NCBI GenBank assembly: GCA_013239625.1
Contig: MU054391.1
Coordinates: forward strand, 9,333,095 to 9,397,094
Reading direction: 5' to 3'
Source: Lama guanicoe
Lineage: Eukaryota
DNA length: 64,000 bases
This document shows positions 36,731 through 50,780 of this stretch, one piece after another. The position numbers were made by a program, and so were the translations under genes. Position 1 is the stretch's first letter, and each line of letters opens with the position of its first letter. A model generated the notes under the pieces. That model ran no database searches. It had not been told where the DNA came from and saw only the letters and a list, made by a program, of their open reading frames with translations.

Positions 36731-37941
36731 AAAGAGAGAGAGAGAAAAGAAAAAAAGAAGGATGGAGGGAGCAGACCTTTGTAGTCACAGAAACCACTCA
36801 GGATTAAATGCCACAGTGAGTGAAGGGAGTGAGCTGTCATCTATTTCTGCCCTGAGTTTTGCAGATACCAGGTGAAGAAGATCAGAGACCGTCAATGGTT
36901 CTGCCGAGACCAAAGAGCTAAAGTTGGAGAGGAAACAGAGTGTAGACCTGTCATCCAGCTCACTTCTGCCGTTGTCTGAGAGGCTCTGGCCAGGGCCCTT
37001 TCCATGTTACCCGGTCACCTGTCAAATAAGGAGGCAGGAGTAACGGGGGGAGGGGCAGGGGAGGGGAGGGAGCACGTACTAAATGCTTTCAACTCAGACC
37101 CTCAAGTCAAACATTTGCAGTGTTCTTTCAATGAGAGCTGAGAATTCAGGAAGAATGATGTTCAAAAGAATCCATCCTTCAAAAACTATTAGTAATTTTG
37201 TCTTCCAAAAGGCAGCCTTTTTAGCATGGGGAAAAAAAAAAATTCAGGCTCACGGCCTCCACAGCTTGCCAGGGAGGAAACTCTTCATCATGCTGTTTCT
37301 GCTCTTACTTAATTTAAGCATCTGTCTGTTGTCTTCAGAAAATCATCTTCTGGGAAAACAGGAAGTTGATGTTTTTAAGCATAATTTCCGTCCCCCCCCC
37401 AAAAAAAATCACATGGAAGGTCTTAGCAGTGAAAAAGAGCAGGCTGTGTTCTCGAACAGCCAGTTCATAGTGGTGGCGCTCAGGGACAGCAGTTAGGAGA
37501 CAGCAGGAGGGGGGGAGGGGGAGGGAGGGTCAGAGTCAGAATTCTGTGGACCACAGTCATGCTCCAAGCCGGAGCACTGGAGCTTTTAAGGCAAAGGAGT
37601 ACTCGGTAGAGGTTCGAGCAGGATAAAGCCAAATCAGGAAATCTCGGAGGCACCCTCTACAACGCGCCCTGAACACTGATGAATGGCCAGGACGCAGCAC
37701 GTCCTTCACCCACCCTGGCCTCGGTAGTGGCTTCCTTTCCAGATGCCGCTGCCAAGGAGGAGGATGGACTAGGTGTGGGAACCCCTCTTTCCGGCAGATG
37801 GCAGGAACGGCAAGAGAGGCAATGCTCTTTCTTGATGGGGGAGAGGGTTACAGGTAGGATTTCTACTCATGCCCGGACTTTTTCCACCTCTGAATTTCTG
37901 GTGCACAGTCACTAGCACAGCTTTTAGCATTTCATTTACGA

Positions 37942-38142
37942 GAAGGGCTTTTCACCCCTGGCACAGTTGACATTTTGGGTCAGGTGACTCTTTGTCGTGA
38001 GCAATGTTTGGTGCACTGTAGGATTTTAAAAGCATCCTTGACCTCCGCCCGTGAGATGCCAACAGCATCCCTTCCGCTCCCAGTTACGACAACCAGAAAT
38101 GCCTCCAGACAGCGTCGACGCCCCCTAGCTGACAACCATGGC
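37942..38142. mobile_element. MER20 hAT-Charlie element
   Basis: ggcacagttgacattttgggtcagg..gcactgtagga..acaaccagaaatgcctccagac. Confidence 0.75.
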
Positions 38143-40395
38143 TGGACGTCGTGTGTGTCATGCTGGCCTCTCCAGGCGTGACATCAGATCCCTGAGGATA
38201 CGGACCATGCGTGTTCTCTGTTGCTCCCTCTGCCTCAGAAACCTAGTTTTGAGTCTCAGATCTGCCGCTAAGCCTACACACCATCATTTGATTACAAATA
38301 TAGAAGGAGAATGTATAGTCTCAAAATGTTTTCATACAGTGTATATATACATTGTATTCTATACCAATATACCAATCGCTGTCGATCACAAAGTATAAAG
38401 AAGCTCACAATGAGAGTTTATAATAGACCTGAGACTGAGAGCTACAAGGGCTATTACCAACCAATGACCTCATATAATTAACAGTCACCTCTGTGGCTAA
38501 AGAGCTGTGTGAGCTTGAACCAGTCATTTAGCATCTCTGAGCCTCAGTGTTCTCATTTCTGGAGAAGTATTTAAGGACCATAACCTCAAAGGTTCCACAG
38601 TCCGGGCTCCAAGTCCCAGCCAGGATGCACTACATTCTTAGTGGACCTGGCACGGAGCTCCTGCAGTCTGAGCTTTGGCTGAAGCCAAAGATGGTGAACG
38701 CCACCTGTTCCCATGGTGCACAGTGAGGTAGGAGACTCTTGGCTCTCTGCCCACATCCGGCCCATCCCTGCAGTTGGATCAGGGACCAGAGGAAAAGCCA
38801 GACCAGTTTTTCACCCGTGTAAACAACGCTACAGTGAAAACGCTTGTAAATCTTTCATAATTTACATCTGTAAATGTTCCCTTAGGGTAAATACTGAAAG
38901 GATGGATTGCTGAATTAAAAGTGTATGCATATTTTAAATTTAAGTAGAAAATTGTGAAATTGCTCTCCAAGAATTCAACTGCTACTCCCGCCAACAGTAA
39001 ACGAAAGGAGTTGCTTTTCTGTGCTCTGACACTTGATAGTACCGATAGCTTAGATTTTTCCAATATGCTGTATTTTTTAAGGTTATCCCATTTTGGTTTT
39101 AACGCACGTTCTTGACAACCAGTGACCCTGAGTCCCATTCATCTTTGATGCCTAGCAGAGTCACAGTATGAAATAAATACTTGTAAGTATTTTTATAAGG
39201 TTTTCCAAATACATTGCAAGAGCAAAACTTACTAGAGGACATGACAGCAGGTGTACTAGGCACTTTACGTACATTTCCTCATTCACTCGCTCAACTTTAT
39301 ATAAATTTCCTCATTAATTCCCTCAACTGTTCCCTGAAGAAGTTCTCTTTCCTTCCCATTTTATGATGAAGAAATGATGCCCAAGACGCAGGAAATTCCT
39401 CAAAGTCACAAAGATTATAAGACGACACAAATTCCAGCCCAGGTCTGACTCCAGAAACCAAGCCATATTCCACTGGTCACTCCCAAATCTTAGTTGAGCA
39501 ACCACCCCAGAAAAAGCTGCAGGAGGTCTCAAGATCATTAACTCTGTGCCCCTTCCAGGAATCACTGGGAGGGTTCGACATAGCCTGAAACAAGTACAGA
39601 GAATCAGCATTACCACTGACAGCTCACCAAGTCCTTTCTCCCCACCGCACACTTAGTACTCACCGTGAGTCTTTAGAAGGAGGGGCAGGAGCTATTTGAA
39701 CACTGTCCTCCAATATCTTGCAGCTGTGGAATCTGAGTCTCTAAGTGGTTCTGAGTTTCCCATGAGCACCCAGCCGGTGCGTGGCAGGAGATGCCAAGTA
39801 TCCGAGGAGGAGCCTAGGTAGGAAAGACAGTTGGAGTTTTGAGGGAGGTCCCTGGAGGCTGAGCAAATGGGAAGTTCTTGAAGAGCAGAATCTTGACAGG
39901 GGCCTAGAATATGGGAAGGTTTCTGGGATCAATTTGATCCTCCAAATGTCAACATCAAAGGGTCAGAAGCATCAGTATTTTTCTGGCGCTCGGATTCACG
40001 AAGGTGCTCTGTTCTTCTCTGGGGTGAGATTTGCAATGGCTTTCCTTCCACTACCACCAAGAAAGTCCCTGAGCACCTACTGAGGTCTTACACTCAGTTT
40101 AAAAAGCTGGCATTTGGGCCACAAGAGGGCAAGAGGGGGCCTCAGGTGTGCTGATCCGTCTCTGGTCCCACACAACCTCATGTTTCCTTCTGTGATGGGA
40201 CCAGTCACAGTCTCCTAATGGTCTGCCCCACTATGGCCAGTGACTCCGTTTCTAACTTCCATGGAGCAGAGACCAAATTGTACTCTTGCTCGTATCTGCC
40301 CATCCCATCCCAACCCTGTCTCCACCTACCAAGGCCTGGCACTACTGCTGCCAACACACTCACAGCACTTTACAGTTTACAAAATTGCTCTGTAG

Positions 40396-41732
40396 CCAGG
40401 AGCGGACGTTCTTTACCTGAAACCTGGAACTTTTACAATTGGAGGGGGTCCTCTGTTCGAAAAGTAATACAGAGTAACTAATGAAAATGAAGTTAAAGGA
40501 AACAATTATTTGGAATTGGAAGTAAATTATTCCAAGTTGCAAATTTTAAAAAGCAGACAAATATGTATCTACCACAAATCTAGAAAACAACAGACTTTTT
40601 GTCACTAATTATCTGCCTGATACACCTCTACAGTCTTTTGCTCTACATTTTGTGCCTGCAAACTCTTTGATCCTCTTGTCATATGATAATGATTTGCTCT
40701 ATCTATTTATATAAAGACAATAAAAAATTAACTCAATCTTTCCTCTAGCATGATTGATTAAAATTTCTTTTTTATTAGCAGCAGTTGAGAATGCATGAAA
40801 TGTGACTCTATGCACAGACAGAGTTACTAATTGTGATAATGCTGCAGGTTTGTATGCTACAAATACAAGTACTCTGAGAAATTCCACTTTACATGATTCT
40901 CACCAAATAACAGAAGTATAGTGAGTTTATAAAGAAGATTTAAAGAAATGGAAAGTTATGCTCTTGGGTTGGAAGAATTAATATTGTTAAAATGGCCATA
41001 TTGCCCAAAGCAATCTACAGATTTAATGCAGTCCCTATCAAATTACCCAGGATATTTTTCACAGAACTAGAAAAATAATCCTAAGATTTATTTGGAATCA
41101 CAAAAGACCCAGAATTGCCAAAATGAAACCAAAGAAAAGGAACGAAGATGGAGGAAAAACCCTTCCAGACTTCAGACAATACTGCGGAGCTACAGTAACT
41201 TAAACAGCATGGTTTTGGCACAACAACAGACCGATGGATCAATGGAACAGAATAGAGAGCCCAGAAATAAAACCACACACCTATGGTCAATTAATCTTTG
41301 ACAAAGAGACAAGAATATACAATGGAAAAAAAACAGTCTCTTTGGCAAAGTGGTGTTGGGAAAGCTGGACAGCTGCATGTAAATCAATGAAGTTAGAACA
41401 CTCCCTCACACTGTACACAAAAATAAACTCAAAACAGTTTAAAGACTTAAACAGAAGACCAATACCATAAATCTTCTAGAAGAGAACATAGGCAAAACAT
41501 TCTCTGACATAAATCACAGCAATGTTCTCCTAGGATTCTACCAAGGCAATGGAAATAAAAGTGAAAATAAACAAATGGGACCTAATTAAACTTAGAAGCC
41601 TTTGCACACCAAAAGAAACCACAAACAAAATGAAAAGACAACCTATGGACTGGGAGAAAATATTTGCAAACAATATGATTGACAAGGGCTTAACTTCCAG
41701 AATATACAAACAGCACATACAACTCAATAACA

Positions 41733-41765
<33 letters not shown>

Positions 41766-43385
41766 AAACAACCCAATCCAAAAATGAACAGAAGACCTAA
41801 ACAGACATTTCTCCAGTGAAGACATACAGATGGCCAACAGGCACCTGAAAAGATGCTCAGTATCACTAATTATCAGAGAAATGCAAATCAAAACGACAAT
41901 GAAGTATCACCTCACATTGGTCAGAATGGCCATCATTAAAAAGTCCACAACTGATGAATGCTGGAGCGGGTGTGGAGAAAAGGGAGCCCTCCTACACTGT
42001 TAGAGGGAATGTAATTCGGAGCAGCCACTATGGAAAACATTTAGGTTTCCTAAAAAACTAAAAATAAACTTACCATATGATCCAGCAATGCCATTCCCAG
42101 GCATATATCCAAAGAAAACTCTAATTCAAAAAGATACATGATCTCAATGTTCACAGTAGCACTGTTTACAACAGCCAAGACATGAAAGCAACCTAAATGT
42201 CCATCAATGGATGATTGGATAAAGAAGATATGGTACATGTATACAATGGAGTATTACTCAGCCATAAAAAATTAAATGCCATTTGCAGCAACATGGATGG
42301 ACCTAGGGATTATCATATTAAGTGAAGTAAGTCAGACAGAGACAGACAAATACCATATGATATCACTTACATGTGGAATCTTAAAAAATGACACAAATGA
42401 ACTTATTTACAAAACAGAAAGAGACTTACAAACATAGAAAACAAACGTATGGTCACCAAAAGGGAAAGAGAGAGGGGAGGGATAAATTAGGAGTTTGGGA
42501 TTAGCAGATACAAACTATTATATATAGAATAGATAAACAACAAAGTCCTACTGTATAGCACAGGGAATTATATTCAACAACTTGTAATAATCTATAATGA
42601 AAAAGAAAATGAAAACGAATATATAAATAACTGAATCACTATGCTGTACATTAGAAACAAACACAACATTGTAAATCAACTATACTTTAACAAGAAAAGA
42701 AGAAAAATAAATAATTTGAAATGTGTTAGGAAGAAAAAGTAGAGTGAATCTATAATTATATATACTAGTGACTATCTTCTCAACAGGGGAGAACTTCCAT
42801 TTGACCATTAGATGAGGACCAAACATCCCACTTGGAGTTCTACACGTCTCAAGGTTGGAAGAATTTCCCACAGGCTAGCTCCTGGTTCTGTGCATTTCAT
42901 ACTGTGTTTCTCCTGCGTCACCCAGCCAGGCCTGACGCCCGGTGCCCCGGGACTTGTTCATATTACAGCATGGCCTCTGACCCTACACCGCTGTGCCCTG
43001 GTACCAGGTGAGTCACAGCAGCAACATCAGGAGGATCCCTGGAAACCCTGCTCCTCTGGGACAAGCAGCAGTAACTTATCCCCGAGACTGCCAGGGACCG
43101 TGTGAATATATCCCATTGAGCCCGAGCAGATGTACCCCCCAAATCAAGTCTCCTTTAGCCAATCCCAGAAAGGCCCATAGCCATTCCATGCCACCTGAAC
43201 CAAGGGGAAGTGAGATGGCGTAGAAAACAAGGTGGAAACCAGAGTAGAAAGAGACAATGTTCTTAACCAGTTACAGATACAGTATGTTACTTTTGCAAAT
43301 CTTACAAAAAGGCCTGATCACATGAACATGATATGAGGGGCCCTGAAGCTTTATCTTGATTGGACTTATGGTAGGTCCACATCTG
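40396..43385. mobile_element. Fragmented hAT-Tip100-like fossil split by an L1
   Basis: Terminus gaggggccctgaagcttta..ttatggtaggtccacatctg resembles Tip100-group ends; family assignment tentative. Confidence 0.4.
40933..42735 (+). mobile_element. 5'-truncated L1, about 1.8 kb (ORF2 C-terminus and 3'UTR)
   Basis: [23 protein letters not shown] and [15 protein letters not shown] are L1 ORF2; degenerate TSD agtatagtgagtttataa / agtagagtgaatctataa; internal (ACA)n near 41735-41765. Confidence 0.95.
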
Positions 43386-46300
43386 CTCTGGCGTCCTGGG
43401 TTCACAGAAGACACTATGAATCACCATTTGCAGCAGTGACTAATGTCTTGGGGACATAGAAACAGTGGAAGCAGAAGACCTTAATTTGAATCCAGACCCT
43501 AAATCAGATGAGGCAATGTCTTTGTTTCGGCAAGTGACATATTTTCACTGAAACTTAGTTTCCACGTCTATAAAATGGAAACATTAGTTCCAGTCTTGGG
43601 AGATCACGTGGAGGATCAAACATAATGAAAGCACCGAGCACATTAGCAGTGTTGCTGTAGTTGCGCACTGAATAAATATGTTGAACACGGGGACAACTGG
43701 AAGGTGGATCTCAGCTTCCTGTGCTAACAACCTCTTAGGTGCCTTCAGCTGAGAAACATTCTATGCTTCAAAATCCCCATAGAAATAAGCCAGGGAAGGA
43801 CTTAAAGAAATAGCTACATGTGATTTTTCACAGGCTAATCTGTGGCTCCATGTGGGTCAAAGAAGATTAAGGGCTCCTGGAAATTCAAAGGCTGATTACT
43901 TCAAATCCAATCCCAGGAGTCCGGAGGATGCAGCCCAGCTCAATATTTTGTGCACAAGCCAGAACTTTTAAGATAAGCATTTCAGGGAAAGCTAACCTAA
44001 GGTGAAGGGGTTCCAGAAAGCTATGACTTTAAAAACAAATCCACTGCAGCAGAGAGCAGAGCTCTGCTCACAGCCTTCACCCCCAATCGGCCCCCTCCCT
44101 GCACCTGTGGCCAGATCCCAGCCCCAGCTCAGGGGCCTTGTCCGCTGCTGAGAACCGATTTCTCCCTGCAGCCTCTGCGGGCCAGGAGAACTCAGACAGG
44201 GCTTCCCTGGAAGCCGATCAGCTCCTGACTTCATCACTTCCTTCCCAGCCTGCCCTCCAAGCTCTGCAAAAGGTGAGGAGGTGAGGATGTGTCTGCACTT
44301 AATGGGGAACAAATTAAGCGACAGCTTAAATCTTGTAACAGGTCAGGAGGGTAGCGATCCATCTTCTCTTTCTCTGGGGAGATGGGCAGATCGGCAGGCA
44401 GAGAAGAGTGGTGAGCACGGAATCAGGAAGGGATTAACCAGCCACGCGCACATCAGTCTGTGATGCGGGCTGACCCAGCTCAAGGCCTTTGGAAGGTGCT
44501 TCCCTGGAGCTTGAACTACCTGCAGGAAGCAGGCTTCCAATCAAGCGGCCTCAGTCATCTTGGAGTGCTTTTCCCCACTGCACAATCCTACTCCTTGCCA
44601 GTGTTTACTGTGCACCCACTGTGTGTCCGGTACATTCTTTATCACATTGATTCCTCACCTCCCACAAAGTAAGTATTATCACAGGGAGGGAAACTGAGGC
44701 TCAAAGAGGTTATGGTGACTCACCCAGGGTCACACAGAGCCCAGACCACAGCCAGGTAGGGATCTCTGATTAGTCCAAGGTTTCTGGCTGGTTTGCTTTG
44801 ATAAAGGAAACCTTTGCTAAGTCTCAAACGTGACTTGCCCAGAATGACCTTGAACCCTAAAAGGGTAAATCCGCCAGCAATCAGGAGCCAAAGCAAAATC
44901 TTCCAGGAAAACTGGTTAGGACCAGCAAAAACAGCCCGATGGGGAACTTGCACGGCTCAGACTCAGCAACCAGACGTGCGGCTTGGCAGCTGGCCCCCAG
45001 CTCACAACAACCAGCCCATCCTAAACTGACAAGCCAAGGGCGTCTTTAAACCCACCACCCAGGCTTCCTTGTCCAACTTGAGTTTTTTGCTTGATGAGCC
45101 CCACCCTCGCCTTTGGGCTAGGAGATTCTTTACACGGGCTGCTCCCCCTCAGACCCCCTCGCCAAGGAATCCCAGGGCTCGCAGCTGCCCCTGCCTCATT
45201 CTCCGACAGTGACTCTGAAGGACTCCATCCCTTGGCGCCTATGCCCTCTGATGGTGAGGCTGTCACTGCCTCACCTGGAGGTGAATTCAGTTTAACTCTT
45301 ACCGGTCTCAAAGTCTTTGTTTCTCTTTTATCAGTTTGTTTTCCTTGAACTACAGCCTCATTAAGCTTTCCCATGCAATCTAACCTAGACATCGGTGGCA
45401 GATTAAATTTACCGAAGTTTAGCTTTGATCATGTCAGCAAGCCTTTGCCCAAAATCCTTCCAAAGGGATGAATAAAGTCAAACCCCTTATTCTGTTATTC
45501 ACACCACTCTTTACTCAAGCCAAGCTGAGCCACCTCACGTCCCCTGAGCAGAGAGCGAACCTCACTGCTGTTGGGAACACAGGTCCCCACCTGTGGGCTC
45601 ACCTGGACAGTGCCCCAGACCTGGATGAGAATACAGAGAGGGCTTTCTGGAGGAAGGCAGAGCTGAGTGCCCATGATGGGAGGTTCAAGGACCTCCTCAG
45701 GAATCAAAGAAGTCAGCGTCTCTCTGTGCACAAATCCAGGTCCATCTTCAGAGGAAATCAGGAGCCTCAGTCCCGGGCAAACGACCGTGCAAATTCTGAC
45801 ATTCAGAACATTGTTTGCTCTCCCACATCTCCTCCCTCCATCTGTGTCTTCTTCCATAGAAACCCTTCCAACAGGAGCAGCTATAGGGCAGGAGGGCCAG
45901 AGGGCTGATGGGGCAGGACCCCACTTGTGAGACGTGGAGAAATCCCTGAGGCAGAGGGAGGGAGGGAATAAACCCTTCTGGGGTGGACCAGAAGGAGACG
46001 TGAGCCTGGACGGAGAAACTGCCTGGGGGCTTGGATGTGGGAGGGGCACCCAGCTCTGGTCACCAGCTCAGGACAGGAGCAGGAAGTCATCTCTGGCCAT
46101 ACATCAGACAAAGGAAAGAATGAAGCCTGAACAAATGAAGAAACCGCCACCGCCCAGCAGCCACCCAATGGTAGTTCGCATAAATAAATAAACGCGCGCA
46201 GCACATCTGGGTCCCTGCACCATCTGCACAGTGAGGCGCAGAGCTCTGCCAGCGCCGATGTTCTTTCCTCTAGTCTTTCCTTTTTTTAATCCCTCTTGGA

Positions 46301-47277
46301 TACTAAATGGAAATAAGGCCTGGGAAGGTGGGCCGGTTTTCACAGTTGAGAGCACACATTCCAAAGTCGGCTGCGGAACAGACTTTATTTTAGCGCGTGA
46401 AAGTAAAGTGGGAAATGAAGGTGACTTGTGTTGGTGCCTCACATGTTTCTCTATTGGTTTAAACACAGACAACATTTAGCAGCACGTGCAGGTTCTAAAT
46501 CCTCCTGATGTTTCCGGAGCCGAGAATTGCTGGCAGCCTAATGTAAAAACTTCTTCCAAATTGGTTTCTTTGGTAAGAAAGGAAAAACAAGCATGGAGGC
46601 GCACCTGGAGGCTGGTGGCCTTTCGCTTCCGTTCTGGTCTGTCTGTAAACATGCAACTGGCATCCTCAGAGCCGGGAAAGGCGAAGGGGTGTCCGGAATA
46701 GCTTGAACCAAAGGAGTGACAGTGTGACAGGCTGGCTGGAGCCGAGCCGTGCAGAAATAATGACTATAATTTGGTTGGGTTTCTCCTTATTACTACCCAG
46801 GTTGTGAATTGGAATTGAAGAAAGAAAATTACTGGGAGAGGAAAATGGGGAATCAGAATGACTCCAGGAAATCCGAGAAGAAGTGAAACGAACAACAATC
46901 AGGCTAAAATAACTACGAGGAAAGAATGGAAAAGGAAAGAAGTGCGAATGTGTTGTGCAGGGATTCAGAGGGAGCCCACTGGCACCGATCTCCTTTGTGT
47001 TTCTTCTGAGGTGCTGATTTAGAACGAAACTGACTAAATGATGTGAGTGAACGGTACACGTGTTTTCCACGAGACAGGAGCTCTGCAGGGCTGCGAAATT
47101 GACTGTCCCCCTTCCTTACAAGAAATCATTCCAAGCCAGGACCAGAAAGCCAGGCACCCACAAGCACCCCAGCCTCCTGCCTGATCACAGCCAAATCAAT
47201 AAATGGAAGAGATTCGGGAATTTCCCCATGTCAATTTAATAATTAAATTTGGCAGAGCCATCAGCCATCACTTAAGT

Positions 47278-47492
47278 CAGAAGCCAGCAAACTTTTTCAG
47301 TCAAGGGCCAGATAGTAAATATTTCAGGGCCACACAGTTTCTGTCTCAACTGCTCAACTCTGCCATCGTAGTGTGACAGCAGCCAAGACAATACATCAGC
47401 AGGTGGGTGCAGCTGTGTTCCAATAAAACTTTATTCACAAAACAGTCCGCAAGCCAGATTTGATCCTTGGGGCTATCGTTTGCCACCCTCTG
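47278..47492. mobile_element. MER58A-like hAT-Charlie element
   Basis: gcaaactttt..aagggccagatagtaaatattt..tgtgttccaataaaactttatt..tttgccaccctctg. Confidence 0.85.
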
Positions 47493-50016
47493 AGTTCAGT
47501 GATCATAACAAATCCCATCTGACAGCACTTTACCATGTAGACAGCACCCTGCCTTGCTTCTTCCCTGGGTCACCTCAGGAATCAGCAAGGAGACAGAGTA
47601 GGGATCCGAGGCTCACCCGACAGGAGCTGGGGGTTCACAGAAAACAGGTGCATTGCACAAGGTCGCACAGTCCACAGGCAGCAAAACTGGGACGTTCCCT
47701 CACTGCGTGCCTTGGGCCCCCGCACATCTGGTCCAGCTCCAGGTCCTGCAGCTTCTGCCCGCGAGGACCTCTAGCTCAGTGCTGCGTCTGCACGAGCGAG
47801 TGCTGTGTCTGTCCCCGCTGGCTGTGTCCTGCAGAGGACGCTTTTTCTCCCTCCCTCCCTCTCTCTGCACAGCTGCCTGAATGAGCCTTCTCAAAGTCAG
47901 ATGTCAGCAGGTCATACTCCTGGTAAAAGCCCTTCGATGTCTCCCCATGACCCACAGGCTGAGTAAGACCTACATGACCTTCTGGGCTCAGGCCCTGGGG
48001 CTCTCCCGGCCCTGGCCTCTTCCTAGCCCTCCATCCTCACCCCTTGCTCAGATTTCCTAAACCTCAGTTGCAAATGGCATGATGTGCCCACGAGTCATCG
48101 CCCCGTGGCCGGCCTCTGGGCCTTGGTACATACCACTCCCTATGCACGAGGGCCCACACTCTCCCTCCACTCCTTATACCAGGATGTCATTGCTAGGCAG
48201 GCCATGGTGGTAAAGAGGACTTAAAAACTCCCAATGAGTTAGCAAACCTGGGTTTAACTCTAGTTCTGCTGGGGAGACTGGTGGCCCTCTGCTGGTCAGC
48301 CAACCCTCTGGGACTCGGCTCAGTGTCTCCCCACCAGAGGATGCCCCTGACTCCAGCCCACGCTGGGCCGCCAGGGCTCCTGTTCATAACCTCTGGGAGT
48401 ATGGAAAAGTCCCACAGTGTACAGTCTCCCTCCGCCCTTCATCTGAAAACACGAGGCACGTGGGCAGAGATGCCTCGTTAACCTTTCTATTTCCAGCACA
48501 TGCCTGAGGGCCTGGGACAGAGCAGACGGCCAGTGAATGGTGACTGACTGGATGGATAAACAAATACCAGTGAATAAAGTCCACAGATGAGTAAACTAAG
48601 ACATTCTCACTCAGGCTTTCTCACAAAGGGTGAGGCCGAACAGAGAGAAAAATGTTAAACTTTTCCTTTGCTACTACATACAATTTAGACCATTCTCTAG
48701 CTGTGTTACTGATTATTTAGATTCCAGATGACAAAATTAGCATTCTGTAAGACTGTCTGTATTAATGCGCTGATGCTGCATGATTTGCAGGTAAGAGAGA
48801 AAGGTCTTTGCATGGTTGAGTTCCCCACACTGCTGAAGAACTGGTGACAGCCGACTTGACAATAAACTCCCAGCTCAGAACCCCCACCGTCCAATTATCT
48901 GAGCTCTGTTCAAGCCTGTTGACATTACACATACAGAAGAATGAACAGCAAAACTGTATTAATGAAGTTTTCCATAAAACAGAAAAATAGATGCAGTCTG
49001 CAGTGAAACATACTAACAAGGGGCTGAGTGGGGGACAGAATTAAGACTTCAGCAAATACCCAGAAAGGCAGAGTTCACGTTCAGGGTGTCCGTGGGGACC
49101 ATGGAGAAAAAGATTAGCTGGTGTGTTGGAACGCCAGGCTTTCGTCCTGACTCAGATGTCCTGCAACTTGCCTTATTTATATAAGACTCAATTTCCTCAT
49201 CCGAACAGTAGGGGTGATCATCTCTGCCTGCCGACCTCCCAGAGTCATTGTGAGATTTTAATGAGAGGACCTCATTTTCTAAACCGTAAATAACTATAAA
49301 GAGGCAAAAAGTTACCCACCCTATGGTCCATGCTTCTATTTAATCGAGCAATTATTTTCACCGAAGGACAGCAGGACGCTTCTCATATAAGATAAATGTG
49401 GACCCGTGTTTTGCTTTCAACACTTAGCCTCCTGTGTGAAATGAAACAGAAATGCACTTGCCGGCACCAGAACAGAATCAAGAAGAGGCTAGCACGTAAC
49501 AATGAAATGTCACCTGCTAACAGGAGGTCCCTAAGAGGTGACGTATTGAAATCAGATTTCAAAGGAAAGAGCCCATTCTGCCCAATTAGCAAAGATGGAT
49601 CAATTTCTAAACACGATCTTCTCCCAAAATAAATATCAAAGTATCAATCATGTGTTTTCCACCTTTCCTGGGCATTTCAATTAGATGAACTGATCTAGTG
49701 GGGCACTAGCTGACCACCAACGCTGAGTCAGGCCCTGTGCTGGCAACTGAAGGCGCAACACAACGCGATCCTGAGCTCACAGTCTAACAGGGAAACAGCC
49801 AGAAAAATATTCTGGAACAGCGTGGGAAGAGCAAACGCCGTGGTCTGAACAAGATGCTGCGGAGGCACAGAGAGGGGCACCATTCTCTGCATAGCTGTAG
49901 GCATTTCTACCCCCTGTCACACAGCTGCCTGTGGGATTGGTCCCCCATCACGTTTCATCCTGTCATCTGAGATCAGGGAAGAAGTGTTTCCCACACCCAC
50001 ACTCAAAAATGCCCTT

Positions 50017-50780
50017 CGCATGACAAATGCTGGAGAGGCTGTGGAGAAAGGGGAACCCTCCTACACTGCTGGTGGGAATGCAGTTTGGTGCAGCCACTGT
50101 GGAAAACAGTATGGAGATTCCTCAAAAGACTAGGAATAGACTTACCATATGACCCAGGAATCCCACTCCTGGGCTTGTATCCAGAAGGAACCCTACTTCA
50201 AAATGACACCTGCACCCCAATGTTCATAGCAGCACTATTTACAATAGCCAAGACATGGAGACAGCCTAAATGTCCATCAACAGATGACTGGATAAAGAAG
50301 AGGTGGTATATTTATACCATGGAATACTACTCAGCCATAAAAACCGACAACATAACGCCATTTGCAGCAACATGGTTGCTCCTGGAGAATGTCATTCTAA
50401 GTGAAGTAAGCCAGAAAGAGAAAGAAAAATACCATATGAGATCGCTCGTATGTGGAATCTAAAAAACAAAAACAAAAACACAAAGCATAAATACAAAACA
50501 GAAATAGACTCACAGACATAGAATACAAACTTGTGGTTGCCAAGGGGGCAGGGGGTGGGAAGGGATAGACAGTATTTCAAAACTGTAGAATAGATAAACA
50601 AGATTATACTGTATAGCACAGGGAAGTATATACAAGATCTTATGGTAGCTCACAGAGAAAAAAATGTGACAATGAATATATATATGTTCATGTACAATTG
50701 AAAAATTGTGCTCTACACTGGAATTTGACACAACATGGTAAAATGATTATAAATCAATAAAAAAAAAAGTTAAAAAAAAA
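50017..50780 (+). mobile_element. Young 5'-truncated L1
   Basis: Uninterrupted ORF2 C-terminus ([36 protein letters not shown]), poly(A), TSD AAAAATGCC. Confidence 0.95.
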
